This document shows, one piece after another, positions 46,457 through 55,692 of a stretch of 64,000 nucleotides of DNA (positions are counted from its first letter, which is position 1; every line of letters starts with the position of its first letter). This DNA is from Ktedonobacteria bacterium (GTDB lineage Bacteria > Chloroflexota > Ktedonobacteria > Ktedonobacterales > JACDGC01), in contig DAIDGU010000042.1 of the NCBI GenBank assembly GCA_027459785.1, positions 51,463 to 115,462 of the forward strand, in the 5' to 3' direction. The notes below the pieces were generated by a model that had not been told where the DNA came from, ran no database searches, and saw only the letters and a list, made by a program, of their open reading frames with translations. The position numbers and the translations under genes are program-made.

Positions 46457-47252
46457 AGCCCAACCCCAGCCCGTCGCCCCCGCGACCACCACCGCGCCGA
46501 TCCTGCGCGTGGAACACGTGACGCATGCTTTCGGCGGCGTCAACGCCATCAATGACTGCTCGTTCGAGGTGCAGACCGGCTCCATTACGGCGCTCATCGG
46601 TCCCAATGGCGCGGGCAAAAGCACGATGGTCAATGTCATCTCCGGCTTTTACCCGCTGCAACAGGGGCAGATCCTGTTCGACGGCCAGAGCGTGCGGGGG
46701 TTGGCTGCGCATAGCATCGCGCAGCGGGGGCTGATCCGCACGTTCCAGATCTCGCGCGATTACGGCGCGATGACCGTGCTGGAAAATCTGATGGTGCCGC
46801 CCAAGCATCAGGTCGGTGAGAATCTTTTCAATGTCTTTTTTCGCCCCTGGCTGGTGGCGCGCGAAGAGAAGGAACTGGTGCGCAAGGCGCTGGACATGCT
46901 GAACACCTTCGGCCTGTATGAGAAGCGCGAGGACTATGCGCGCAGCCTCAGCGGCGGCCAAAAACGCTTGCTGGAAATGGCCCGCGCCCTGATGGCCGAT
47001 CCGAAAATGTTGCTGCTGGACGAACCGATGGCGGGCGTGAACCCCGCGCTGGCGGATCGACTGGCACAGCACATCATGGATCTGCGCGGCAAGGGGCTGA
47101 CGGTGTTGATGATCGAACATAACCTGGGCATCGTCGATCAGATCGCGCAGGATGTGGTCGTGATGGCGAACGGCACCACGCTGGCGCGCGGCACGATGGT
47201 GGAGATTCGCAGCCACCCCGAAGTGATCAGCGCCTACCTGGGAGGAGCGTAG
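46440..47252 (+). CDS. livG: HAAT-family ABC transporter ATPase LivG-like
   Basis: Motifs GPNGAGKST, RTFQ, LSGGQ, LLDEP and VISAYLG. Confidence 0.92.
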   Translation: MSPSAEAQPQPVAPATTTAPILRVEHVTHAFGGVNAINDCSFEVQTGSITALIGPNGAGKSTMVNVISGFYPLQQGQILFDGQSVRGLAAHSIAQRGLIRTFQISRDYGAMTVLENLMVPPKHQVGENLFNVFFRPWLVAREEKELVRKALDMLNTFGLYEKREDYARSLSGGQKRLLEMARALMADPKMLLLDEPMAGVNPALADRLAQHIMDLRGKGLTVLMIEHNLGIVDQIAQDVVVMANGTTLARGTMVEIRSHPEVISAYLGGA

Positions 47253-47254
47253 CG

Positions 47255-47998
47255 ATGGACGACATTCTGGTTGTGAACAACATGGTCGGTGGCTACGGCA
47301 AAATCCCCATCGTGCAGGATGTGAGCCTGCGCGCGGGCAAAGGCCAGGTTGTGACCATCGTCGGGCCGAACGGCGCGGGCAAATCCACCTTTATGAAGCT
47401 GATCGCCGGCGTGCTGAAACCGATGAGTGGCAGCGTCACGATGGCGGGCAAAGATCTTTCGAACCTGCCGGCGAACCGGCTGACGCGCGAGGGGCTGGCC
47501 TATGTGCCGCAAGAAAACAACGTCTTCCCGCGCATGACCATCAAAGAAAATCTGGAGATGGGCGGCTTCATCCTGACGGGTGACATCAGCCAGCGCATCG
47601 CCGGTCTCTATACGTTGTTTCCCGATCTGCAAACGGCGGCGGGCAAGAAAGCCGGCCAACTCAGCGGCGGTCAGCGCAATATGTTGGGCATGGCCCGCGC
47701 GCTGATGCTGGAACCACAGGTCTTGCTGTTGGACGAACCGACCGCCGGCCTGTCTCCGTTATACACGGATGTCGTGTGGCAAAAGGTGCGTGAGATCGCG
47801 GCGCGTGGTACCACCATCGTCGTCGTCGAGCAAAACGTTGATCGCGCCATCGCCAACTCCGACTGGGTATACGTCCTCGTCGCCGGACGGAACCGGCTGG
47901 ATGGCTCGCCAGAACAGATGCGAGCTACCGATCTTTCAGCCATCTTCCTGGGCAAGAAAGGAGAAGCCGCCGCAACCGCGCCTGCCGCCGACGCCTGA
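47255..47998 (+). CDS. livF: HAAT-family ABC transporter ATPase LivF-like
   Basis: Motifs GPNGAGKST, YVPQ, LSGGQ, LLDEPTAGLSP and VEQN. Confidence 0.92.
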   Translation: MDDILVVNNMVGGYGKIPIVQDVSLRAGKGQVVTIVGPNGAGKSTFMKLIAGVLKPMSGSVTMAGKDLSNLPANRLTREGLAYVPQENNVFPRMTIKENLEMGGFILTGDISQRIAGLYTLFPDLQTAAGKKAGQLSGGQRNMLGMARALMLEPQVLLLDEPTAGLSPLYTDVVWQKVREIAARGTTIVVVEQNVDRAIANSDWVYVLVAGRNRLDGSPEQMRATDLSAIFLGKKGEAAATAPAADA

Positions 47999-48125
47999 TG
48001 ATCCCACTCCTGCGGGCATGTCGTCATGCGGCCCGCCACCTTCACCATCGGCGCGGCCAGCCACGAGTTTTTCTGTTTTTGTTCAACCGTAATTCAAGAA
48101 CACACACGCTTCCGAGGAGGAACGC

Positions 48126-49394
48126 ATGCGGACAAAGTTGTCAGTTCTGATGGGCATCCTTTCGATCGCCGCCATGATGCTGAGTGCGTGCGGCACGTCC
48201 ACCCCTGGCGGTGGCACCGGTCCGATCAACGTCGGTGAACTTTTCCCGATGACGGGACGCGAGCCGTTCGTCGGCCAGTGGTTCCTGCATGGTGCCAAGG
48301 CGGGCATCTATGACATCAACCAGCACGGCGGCGTGCTGGGACGCCAGCTTAACGCCACGCTGGCCGACACCGGCGGCGACGGCGTGGACGCCGTGACGGC
48401 GCTGCGCCAATTGCAGACGAACAATCCGGACTTCATCCTGGGACCCTCCTCGTTGGAGATCGAGGGCGTCATCAACCAGTTCGATCCGGCCAAGCTCCCC
48501 GACTTCGTTGAGGGCGGCACCACGCAGCTCGACCACATGACGAACCAGTACGTTTATCGCACGACGCCGTCGGACTCCACCCTGGCGATCGGCATGGCGT
48601 ATTACGCGCTCAACAAGCTGAATTGCACGCAGGCCGGCTACTTCTTCGAGAACACCTCGAACGCGACTGGCGTCATCGCACCGCTGACGGCTTCATACAC
48701 GGCCCACGGCGGCACGATCCAGAACAACGCCAACATCGAAGTGACCCCCCACGAGTCGTCGTATCGCAGTGAAGTGGAAAAACTGTTCGCCGGCAATCCT
48801 AACTGCATCTTCATGCAGACGGACCCGCAGACGGCCAGTACCTTCTTCAATGATGTGCGCCAGCTCAACCACCTGAACGTCCCCTTCATCCTGACCGATG
48901 CCGGCGACGACATCAACATGGCCAAGGCGATGGGCCTGGCAGACGCCTCGAAGTGGATGACCGGCATGAACGGTTCCCCGCCGAGTGGCCAGGGTTGGCA
49001 GTATTTCACCCAGGTCTATAACACGGTCTGGGGGACGAACCAACCCGTCACCCTGTCGCAGAACACCTATGATTCGGTGATCATCGCGGCGCTGGCCATC
49101 ACGGAAGCCGGCACGACCGATCCGACGAAGTGGATCAACGATGTCAACGACGTGGTGAATTCGTCTGAGGCGTCGGGCCACACGGTCGTTCACACCTATG
49201 CTGACGGCGTTGCCGCGCTGAAGGCGGGCCAGAAGATCGACTTCGAGGGCGCGTCGGGTTCCGACGATTACAACCAGTACCATAACGTCGCCGGTTCGTG
49301 GGACATCGTCCAGTTCGATACCAGCGGCAACACCCACACGGTTTACACCGTGCCGGAAGCGCAGATCGCCGCCTGGACGCCGACTGGCAGCTAG
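48126..49394 (+). CDS. ABC transporter substrate-binding lipoprotein (LivK/LIVBP-like fold)
   Basis: Lipobox LSA-C, INVGELFPMTG, INQHGGVLG and DFEGASG. GAGGAGG RBS. Confidence 0.9.
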   Translation: MRTKLSVLMGILSIAAMMLSACGTSTPGGGTGPINVGELFPMTGREPFVGQWFLHGAKAGIYDINQHGGVLGRQLNATLADTGGDGVDAVTALRQLQTNNPDFILGPSSLEIEGVINQFDPAKLPDFVEGGTTQLDHMTNQYVYRTTPSDSTLAIGMAYYALNKLNCTQAGYFFENTSNATGVIAPLTASYTAHGGTIQNNANIEVTPHESSYRSEVEKLFAGNPNCIFMQTDPQTASTFFNDVRQLNHLNVPFILTDAGDDINMAKAMGLADASKWMTGMNGSPPSGQGWQYFTQVYNTVWGTNQPVTLSQNTYDSVIIAALAITEAGTTDPTKWINDVNDVVNSSEASGHTVVHTYADGVAALKAGQKIDFEGASGSDDYNQYHNVAGSWDIVQFDTSGNTHTVYTVPEAQIAAWTPTGS

Positions 49395-49533
49395 GCGCTC
49401 TTTATGATTGCGGCCCCACTCCATTGCCGTGGAGGGGGGCCACCAGCGCGAGGACGGCACCCGGTTACGCAGCGGCAGCCGTCCCCGCACCCAGTTCTCA
49501 TGCTACCATGCGCGTCTCAACCACAACAAGCAT

Positions 49534-49578
49534 GGCCCCACCCCCCGGCCCCCTCCCCATCTGCGGATGGAGAGGGGG
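49534..49578. repeat. REP-like element family C
   Basis: GGCCCCACCCCCC..CCCCTCCCCATCTGCGGATGGAGAGGGG, near-identical to 38963-39004. Confidence 0.85.
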
Positions 49579-49640
49579 TGATGGGTATGATGCTCTGCCA
49601 AACTTTAGCGGGCTTCCGCTCGTAGAAGGAAACCTTTATC

Positions 49641-50894
49641 ATGCCTGAACCAACGGAAGCTGTGATGCCATTGCCCCTGGCCGGGGTGCGCGTGCTGGAA
49701 CTCGGCTCATTCATCGCCGGTCCACAGACGACGCGCATGCTGGGCGATTTCGGGGCGGATGTGATCAAAGTGGAAACGCCGACCGGCGGCGACGAGCTGC
49801 GCCACTGGGGGCAGATGATCGATACCAGTGACGGGCCGGTGGCCGTGTGGTGGCTTTCGGCGGCGCGCAACAAGCGGCTGGTGACGCTGGACCTGCGTGC
49901 GCCTGCCGGCCAGGCGCTGGCGCTGCGGCTGGTGGCCCAGTGCGACATCGTCGTCGAAAACTTTCGACCGGGACGTCTGGAAGAATGGCACCTGAGCTAT
50001 GAGGAGATGCGGGCGGTGAATCCGCGCGTGGTGCTGGTGCGCATCTCTGGCTTCGGGCAGACGGGGCCATACCACGAGCGGGCCGGCTATGGCAATGTCA
50101 GCGAGTCGATGGGCGGGCTGCGCTATGTGACGGGCTTCCCCGACCGCCCGCCGGTGCGCGTGGGAACGAGCCTGGGCGACGCGCTGGCCGCGCAGCAGGC
50201 GGCGCTGGGCGCGCTGTTGGCGCTGCGCGCGGCGGAACAGACGGGCCAGGGCCAGGTCGTGGATGTCGCCATCACCGAGGCCGTTTTCGCCGTCACCGAG
50301 GCGATGCTCAGCGAATATGTGCATGCCGGCGTCGTGCGCGAACGCACCGGTAACACGCTGATGCGCGCCGCACCCTCGAACGTCTATCGCACCGCCGACG
50401 AGAAATGGATCGCCATCGGTGGCAACGGCGACAACGTCTTCCGCCGCTTCAGCCGGGCGCTGGGCCGGCCCGAACTGGCCGATGATCCGCGCTTCATCAA
50501 CAACCAGGCGCGCATCGCCAACGTGGGGCTGCTGGACAACTTGATCACTGCCTGGGTGGTCGCGCGCCCGCTGGCCGAGGTGCAGGCGATCCTGGATGCC
50601 GCCGGCGTCCCTGCCGGGCCGGTCTATAGCGTCGCCGATATCGCCGCCGATCCGCAGTTCCAGGCGCGCGGCATGATCGCCAGCGTCCCCGATCCGCGCA
50701 TGCCGGAAGGCTACGTTGTCATGCCGGGGATCATCCCGACGCTGACGGCGACGCCGGGGGCGATCACGCGCACCGGCGGCGCGCTGGGCGCGGACGACGA
50801 CGCGGTATACGGCGAGCTGCTGGGGCTGGATGCTGCTGAGCTAGCCGCGCTGCGCGCGGCGGGCATCATCGCGCCGGTCCAGCACGGCGGCTAG
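49641..50894 (+). CDS. Family III CoA-transferase (CaiB/BaiF), second paralog
   Basis: Motifs PLAGVRVLELG, GADVIKVE, RNKRLVTLDL, ENFRPG, SGFGQTGPY and SLGD. Confidence 0.93.
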   Translation: MPEPTEAVMPLPLAGVRVLELGSFIAGPQTTRMLGDFGADVIKVETPTGGDELRHWGQMIDTSDGPVAVWWLSAARNKRLVTLDLRAPAGQALALRLVAQCDIVVENFRPGRLEEWHLSYEEMRAVNPRVVLVRISGFGQTGPYHERAGYGNVSESMGGLRYVTGFPDRPPVRVGTSLGDALAAQQAALGALLALRAAEQTGQGQVVDVAITEAVFAVTEAMLSEYVHAGVVRERTGNTLMRAAPSNVYRTADEKWIAIGGNGDNVFRRFSRALGRPELADDPRFINNQARIANVGLLDNLITAWVVARPLAEVQAILDAAGVPAGPVYSVADIAADPQFQARGMIASVPDPRMPEGYVVMPGIIPTLTATPGAITRTGGALGADDDAVYGELLGLDAAELAALRAAGIIAPVQHGG

Positions 50895-50960
50895 AGCTAC
50901 GCGCTGGCAGCGAGCAGGCATGAGGGGGGCGGCGGGCGGGGGGGGTACGACGGGGAGGCG

Positions 50961-51018
50961 GCGGGCGGTTGAAACCGCGCCTAAGGGCCGATGGCCACGA
51001 AGTCCACCTACGTGGACT
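50961..51018. repeat. Family B left-arm half element
   Basis: GCGGGCGGTTGAAACCGCGCCTAAGGGC...GCCACGAAGTCCACCTACGTGGACT, almost identical to 2801-2858. Confidence 0.9.
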
Positions 51019-51119
51019 GGAGAGCTGCAAGGGTTTTTTCGCTTTTGCTACAGGTTTCGCGTTACATTATGTAAGAAGATGCTGGCGGGACGCGAATAGG
51101 TAGCAAAAGAGGGGCGACG

Positions 51120-51977
51120 ATGGCTGTGCGTGCGCGGCTGGTAGGCGTGTGGGCGCTGATGCATCCTGGTCCCAGTTTGCTGACAGTCGGTGCCTATCTG
51201 CTCTGCGCCGGCATCGCGGCGGGCGGGCGACCTGCGCCGGGGCGGCTGGCGCTGTCGGCATTGGGGCTCGTGTGCATGCAGTTCGCCATCAGCGCGCTGA
51301 ATGATTACTGCGACCGCGTGGCGGACGCGCGCAATCCTACCAAGCGCAAGCCGCTGGTGCTGGGGGTGGTGTCGCCGGGCTTCGCGCTGGGCGCGGCGCT
51401 GATGCTGGCCGTCGCCATGTTCGCGCTCTTCGTTCCCCTTGGTCCCGTCAGCGTTGTCCTGGCCGGCATCTTCCTGGGGTTGGGCTTCGCCTATGATCTG
51501 GGGATCAAGTCCACGCCTGCCAGTGGTCTTATGCATGGGTTGGCGTTCCCAACATTACCGTTACTGGCATGGAACATCTTCGCGCACCTCACACCGGCGA
51601 TCTTCTCTGTCATCCCGTTGGGTTTGGCGCTCGGCATTGGCATCCATCTGGCGGATGCGATCCCGGACGCAGCGGCGGATGCCGCCAGCGGCGTGCATGG
51701 GCTGACGCAGGCGTTGGGTGCGCGTGCGCCATTGGTCTGCTGGTCTGCATTCGGTGCAGCGGTCCTCCTCGTCGGTGGCGTGGCGCTGCTCCAGGCACGC
51801 GGCCATCTGCCGCTGGTGCTTGCCAGTGCGGCATTGGCCGTGGTGGCGCTGCTCGGCGCGATCCGTGCCTTGCATGACGACACCGTGCCGGCAAAGACAC
51901 GCTATCAGCGCCATTTTTTGTTGCTGGTCGGCGCGGCGCTGCTGCTGGTCGTCGCCTGGTTTGCCGCTGTGGGATAA
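51120..51977 (+). CDS. UbiA-family prenyltransferase
   Basis: Asp-rich NDYCDRVAD..NPTKRKPL and second motif DAIPDAAAD. Multiple TM helices. Confidence 0.88.
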   Translation: MAVRARLVGVWALMHPGPSLLTVGAYLLCAGIAAGGRPAPGRLALSALGLVCMQFAISALNDYCDRVADARNPTKRKPLVLGVVSPGFALGAALMLAVAMFALFVPLGPVSVVLAGIFLGLGFAYDLGIKSTPASGLMHGLAFPTLPLLAWNIFAHLTPAIFSVIPLGLALGIGIHLADAIPDAAADAASGVHGLTQALGARAPLVCWSAFGAAVLLVGGVALLQARGHLPLVLASAALAVVALLGAIRALHDDTVPAKTRYQRHFLLLVGAALLLVVAWFAAVG

Positions 51978-52022
51978 TGGTGATAACAAGCGCCATGTGC
52001 GTAAGGTATATGTGAGGTTGGT

Positions 52023-53186
52023 ATGGCAGCGCAGCATCCCCCCTTGTTCCCATCACTAGAAGCATTGACGGCACCGGAACAGGTGCGGGTGCTTTTAGGT
52101 TTGCCGGAAGGGTCGTGGCGCGTGGGGCGCGAGACCGTCACCGGCGGGTTGAGTGGGGCGCGTTTGGAGCGCATTTCGTTCACCAATGGCGACCGTTATG
52201 CCAGCGTCGTCCTGAAGCAGATCGATCCGCACACGAACTGGTTGATGCGTGCGGCGGGGGATACGCTGGGGCGTGAGATCGCGTTCACGCAATCGCCGCT
52301 GTGGGAGCGGCTGCCGGAAGTCATTGACGTGCCGGTGCTGGCGGTGGCGCGCTTTGCTGATGGGGCGGGCGCACTGCTTTTGCCCGACCTCGCGCCGGTC
52401 ATCTACCCCTCGGCACTCTGTTACGAACCGGCAGACGAAGGCTTGGTGCAACGCATCCTCGCTCATCTGGCGGCGTTGCATGCAACCTTCTGGGGCGATC
52501 CTGCCTTACGCGCGCAGTCCTGGCTGGCGACGCCGGCGGATGCCCTTTTCACCCTCACGCTAGATCGCCTGAACGATGCCGCCCAGGCCGTGCCGGATGA
52601 AGATACTTATGGCGATCAGGCGTTGCGCATGTGGCCGTACCTGTGGCGCTTTATCGACGGTGCGGACGCCGCGACGATCTGGCGCACGTTGATGCATCCC
52701 GACGCGCTGCTGGCTGCCGTGCGTGCCGCCCCGGCGACGCTGGCGCATGGCGACACCTGGGTGGCGAATATGGGTGGCCTGGCCCCCACGCCGCAACGCG
52801 ACGCCGCCGTGGCGCTGGCCCAGGCGCAGCACGAGGTGCCGCCGATGGAACGCCTGCTCTTGCTGGATTGGGCGCTTGTCACCGCCGGCCCCGCTACCTT
52901 CGACAGTCTGTGGCTGGCGCAGACCTGGCATACGCTCGATCCCCTGCAAGTGCTGGAATGGCACCGCGCCGCCCTCGTACGCCTCGGAATCGCCGACGTG
53001 CAAGACGACGCGACCTGGGCGTTGCTGTGCGATCTCGGTTGGGTGCGCACTTTCCTGATGGGCGCGGAGTGGATGGTGCGCGATGTGCGGGGCGCACAGA
53101 CCGACGACGAAGACCGCGCCGCCCGCGCCCGCTTGAACTCGTGGTGCCACCGAGCGGCGGAGATCCTGCGCGCCCGTGGCTGGTAG
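52023..53186 (+). CDS. APH/choline kinase-like phosphotransferase
   Basis: Motifs GGLSGA, VVLK, LAHGDTWVAN and LLDW. Confidence 0.85.
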   Translation: MAAQHPPLFPSLEALTAPEQVRVLLGLPEGSWRVGRETVTGGLSGARLERISFTNGDRYASVVLKQIDPHTNWLMRAAGDTLGREIAFTQSPLWERLPEVIDVPVLAVARFADGAGALLLPDLAPVIYPSALCYEPADEGLVQRILAHLAALHATFWGDPALRAQSWLATPADALFTLTLDRLNDAAQAVPDEDTYGDQALRMWPYLWRFIDGADAATIWRTLMHPDALLAAVRAAPATLAHGDTWVANMGGLAPTPQRDAAVALAQAQHEVPPMERLLLLDWALVTAGPATFDSLWLAQTWHTLDPLQVLEWHRAALVRLGIADVQDDATWALLCDLGWVRTFLMGAEWMVRDVRGAQTDDEDRAARARLNSWCHRAAEILRARGW

Positions 53187-53267
53187 ACGTGTTACACTCC
53201 ACCAAAACATATTTTAGTTCGCCGGCCCAGCGGCAGCCGCTCCCCCCGGCGCACGCTGCTGATCGGC

Positions 53268-54281
53268 TCAGATCGGGTATGGGGCGCGACGCTGGCGCAG
53301 TTGGCCGTGGCGCTGATGCCGGCGCGGTTGCCGCAGTAATAACCAGGCACCCAGGCCACCCAGGCCACCCAGGCCGACGAGCGCCGTCGCGCTGACGAGC
53401 AGCGGCACGGGGTCGGGCGGGGGCGGTGGGAGCGCGACCACGTCGCCGGTGGCGTCGAAGCGCGCGGGCGTGCCGACATAGCGCCCATGTTCGGGAACGG
53501 CGCGTTCCGCGAAGTGGGTGGCCAGGTCGCGCAGCCCACTGCTGACAGCAGGGCCACTGAGGGGCAACCCATGCCCCGCCGCCAGGGTGCGGGGTTGCAG
53601 CGCGGCCAGCCGGGCGACAGAAGCTTCCGCCGCCGGCCAGTCGCTCGTCGCATACGTCGGCGGCCCATTGATCTCTGGCACGGCGCTCATCGCCAGGCCG
53701 GGCCGTTCCTGATTCATCGTCGTCACGGCGTCCCCCGCCAGCAAAACGCGCTCTGCCGACTGCCACAGCGCGATGTGACCAGGCGTATGGCCCGGCGTGT
53801 GCAGCCATTGCCAGCCCAGCAAGTGCGGGACGGTGCCATCCGGCGGCAGCGGCAGGACGTGCGGGCGGATGTCCGTGCCACTCGGTGGGAAGAGATAAGC
53901 CATCGTCGCCATCAAGCCCCCCACTGTGGGGTCCAGCGGCGGCAAGATCGCCTGGCCCGTCAGATACGGCAACTCCTGCACGTGGGCAAACACCGGCACC
54001 GGCCAGGTCGCCAGCAACGCGCGCACCGCGCCGATGTGATCGAAGTGCGCGTGGGTGAGGATGATCGCTTGCGGCGGACGATGCGCGCCGTACTTCTGGC
54101 GCGCGGCCTGGCGAATGCGCGGGGCGCTGCCCGGCACGCCGGTATCCACCAGCACCCAGCCGCCATCCAAGGTATCGATGAAGTAAACGTTGGTGAGTTC
54201 CAGCACACCGGCCAACAACAATGGAATGCACATGATGTGCTCGGTCATTTGAAGCGGCATCGCGCGTTGCACGAGTTGCAT
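53268..54281 (-). CDS. MBL-fold metallo-hydrolase with C-terminal hydrophobic tail
   Basis: Motifs LTHAHFDHIG, TPGHTPGH, AGDA and AGHG. Confidence 0.9.
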   Translation of the reverse strand: MQLVQRAMPLQMTEHIMCIPLLLAGVLELTNVYFIDTLDGGWVLVDTGVPGSAPRIRQAARQKYGAHRPPQAIILTHAHFDHIGAVRALLATWPVPVFAHVQELPYLTGQAILPPLDPTVGGLMATMAYLFPPSGTDIRPHVLPLPPDGTVPHLLGWQWLHTPGHTPGHIALWQSAERVLLAGDAVTTMNQERPGLAMSAVPEINGPPTYATSDWPAAEASVARLAALQPRTLAAGHGLPLSGPAVSSGLRDLATHFAERAVPEHGRYVGTPARFDATGDVVALPPPPPDPVPLLVSATALVGLGGLGGLGAWLLLRQPRRHQRHGQLRQRRAPYPI

Positions 54282-54390
54282 CGCCTGTCACCTTCCTCGC
54301 TATGTCGTTGTTTACCTCATCGGCACCCAGTGGTCGTTCTTGATGGCAGGCAGTGCTATGAGCCGCCCCGGTGCAAGGTGTAGGGATGAT

Positions 54391-54612
54391 TTAGGCGGTG
54401 TCATCCTCCGAGTCTGGTGCCTCAGCATGCCCTTGCTGGCGGCCCGGCTCACCATCTTCGGGGTTTTGCTGAATCAGGTGATCGCGCGGGGTATCGGTGT
54501 TCGGCTCGGTGGCCGAAGGGGTAACGGCCCCCTGGCCCAGGCGCTCATCTTGCATGGTCTTGGGATCGAACTGGTACGGCTTGTCGGCGTATTCGGGATC
54601 GCTGGGATTCAT
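54391..54612 (-). CDS. Small acidic hypothetical protein
   Basis: GGAGG RBS, 73 aa, co-oriented with the flanking HAD and MBL genes. Confidence 0.65.
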   Translation of the reverse strand: MNPSDPEYADKPYQFDPKTMQDERLGQGAVTPSATEPNTDTPRDHLIQQNPEDGEPGRQQGHAEAPDSEDDTA

Positions 54613-54650
54613 GGTTGACCTCCAATGAGTGGTGTGGTGTGATGGCGCGT

Positions 54651-55319
54651 TCAGTGCGTCTGCGCCAGGGGCGACTGGTCATAGTGGGCGAGCAGGTCGG
54701 CGGGGTCAGCATAGATCGCCACTGCGCCCGCCAGGTCGTCATCGGCGAAGCCGCCACAGCGCACAGCGATGGTTGCCACCTGCGCTTGCTGGGCGGAGGT
54801 GATGTCGTAGGGCGTATCGCCTAGCACGATCACGTCCGTCGGTGGCAAGGCGACCTTGCGCACCGCGACGCCGATGACATCGGGGGCGGGTTTGGAGGCC
54901 GCCGCGTCATCTGAGGTCGTCGCCTCCGTCAGCAGGTCCGCCACGCCGGCCTGTTGCAATAACTGGTCAAGCTCTTGTTTTTTCGCGGAACTGGCGACCA
55001 TCATCCGCAAGCCCGCCTGCTGCACGTGCTCGACCAGGGCGCGTGCGCCCGGTGCCGGCTGCAATATCGGCAAATAGCGTTCCAAAAAGATCGCGGCGCG
55101 ACGCTGGGCAATCGTTTTCCCAGGCTCGGCGTCCGGCGTCAGGCCCGGTACGACGCGCGGCAGCAACTGATCGCCGCCCATGCCCATCAAGGGGCGGATC
55201 CGCGCGAAGGGAACCGGATAACCGGCTTCGGCGAGAGCAGCGACCCACGCCTGGGTATGGGCATCGTTGCTGAGGATCAGCGTGCCATCGACATCGAATA
55301 AAACGCCACGAATCGCCAT
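54651..55319 (-). CDS. HAD-IA hydrolase (phosphoglycolate phosphatase-like)
   Basis: Motifs FDVDGTL, ASS, KPAPD and GDTPYD. AGGAGG RBS. Confidence 0.92.
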   Translation of the reverse strand: MAIRGVLFDVDGTLILSNDAHTQAWVAALAEAGYPVPFARIRPLMGMGGDQLLPRVVPGLTPDAEPGKTIAQRRAAIFLERYLPILQPAPGARALVEHVQQAGLRMMVASSAKKQELDQLLQQAGVADLLTEATTSDDAAASKPAPDVIGVAVRKVALPPTDVIVLGDTPYDITSAQQAQVATIAVRCGGFADDDLAGAVAIYADPADLLAHYDQSPLAQTH

Positions 55320-55692
55320 ATGGCTCCTCCTGTCTCTGGTTTGTCCCGCAGCCCCGCAGATGCTATTCCAGTTTGCCAGGCCGCATGGAAGATAATGCGG
55401 CTGGGTGCGCAGGTACTGGTAACATAGGGAGATTGCTACAAAGGCTGAGTATACCTACCATTAACGTGTCGGGTTTGGCGATGGCTGACCGCCAGGAGTC
55501 CATGAATAGCTACCAGGGAGCGATATTATGAAGTGAAACGAAATGATGACCGGCGGCTGCTTTTGCAATCGCTAGGCTCCTTATTACCAAGCTGCCTATT
55601 AAATACCCTCTCGTCAACAGGGCAAAACAGCGTTATACTGACGGAGGTCAGCCCTGGCACACCAGTGCATTACCGCCGCAGGAGATAAACCG

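Noticed and set aside
55325-55690. AT-richer intergenic gap as a possible ncRNA or small ORF
   Set aside because: No convincing stem-loop, terminator or RBS-led ORF; consistent with a divergent promoter region.
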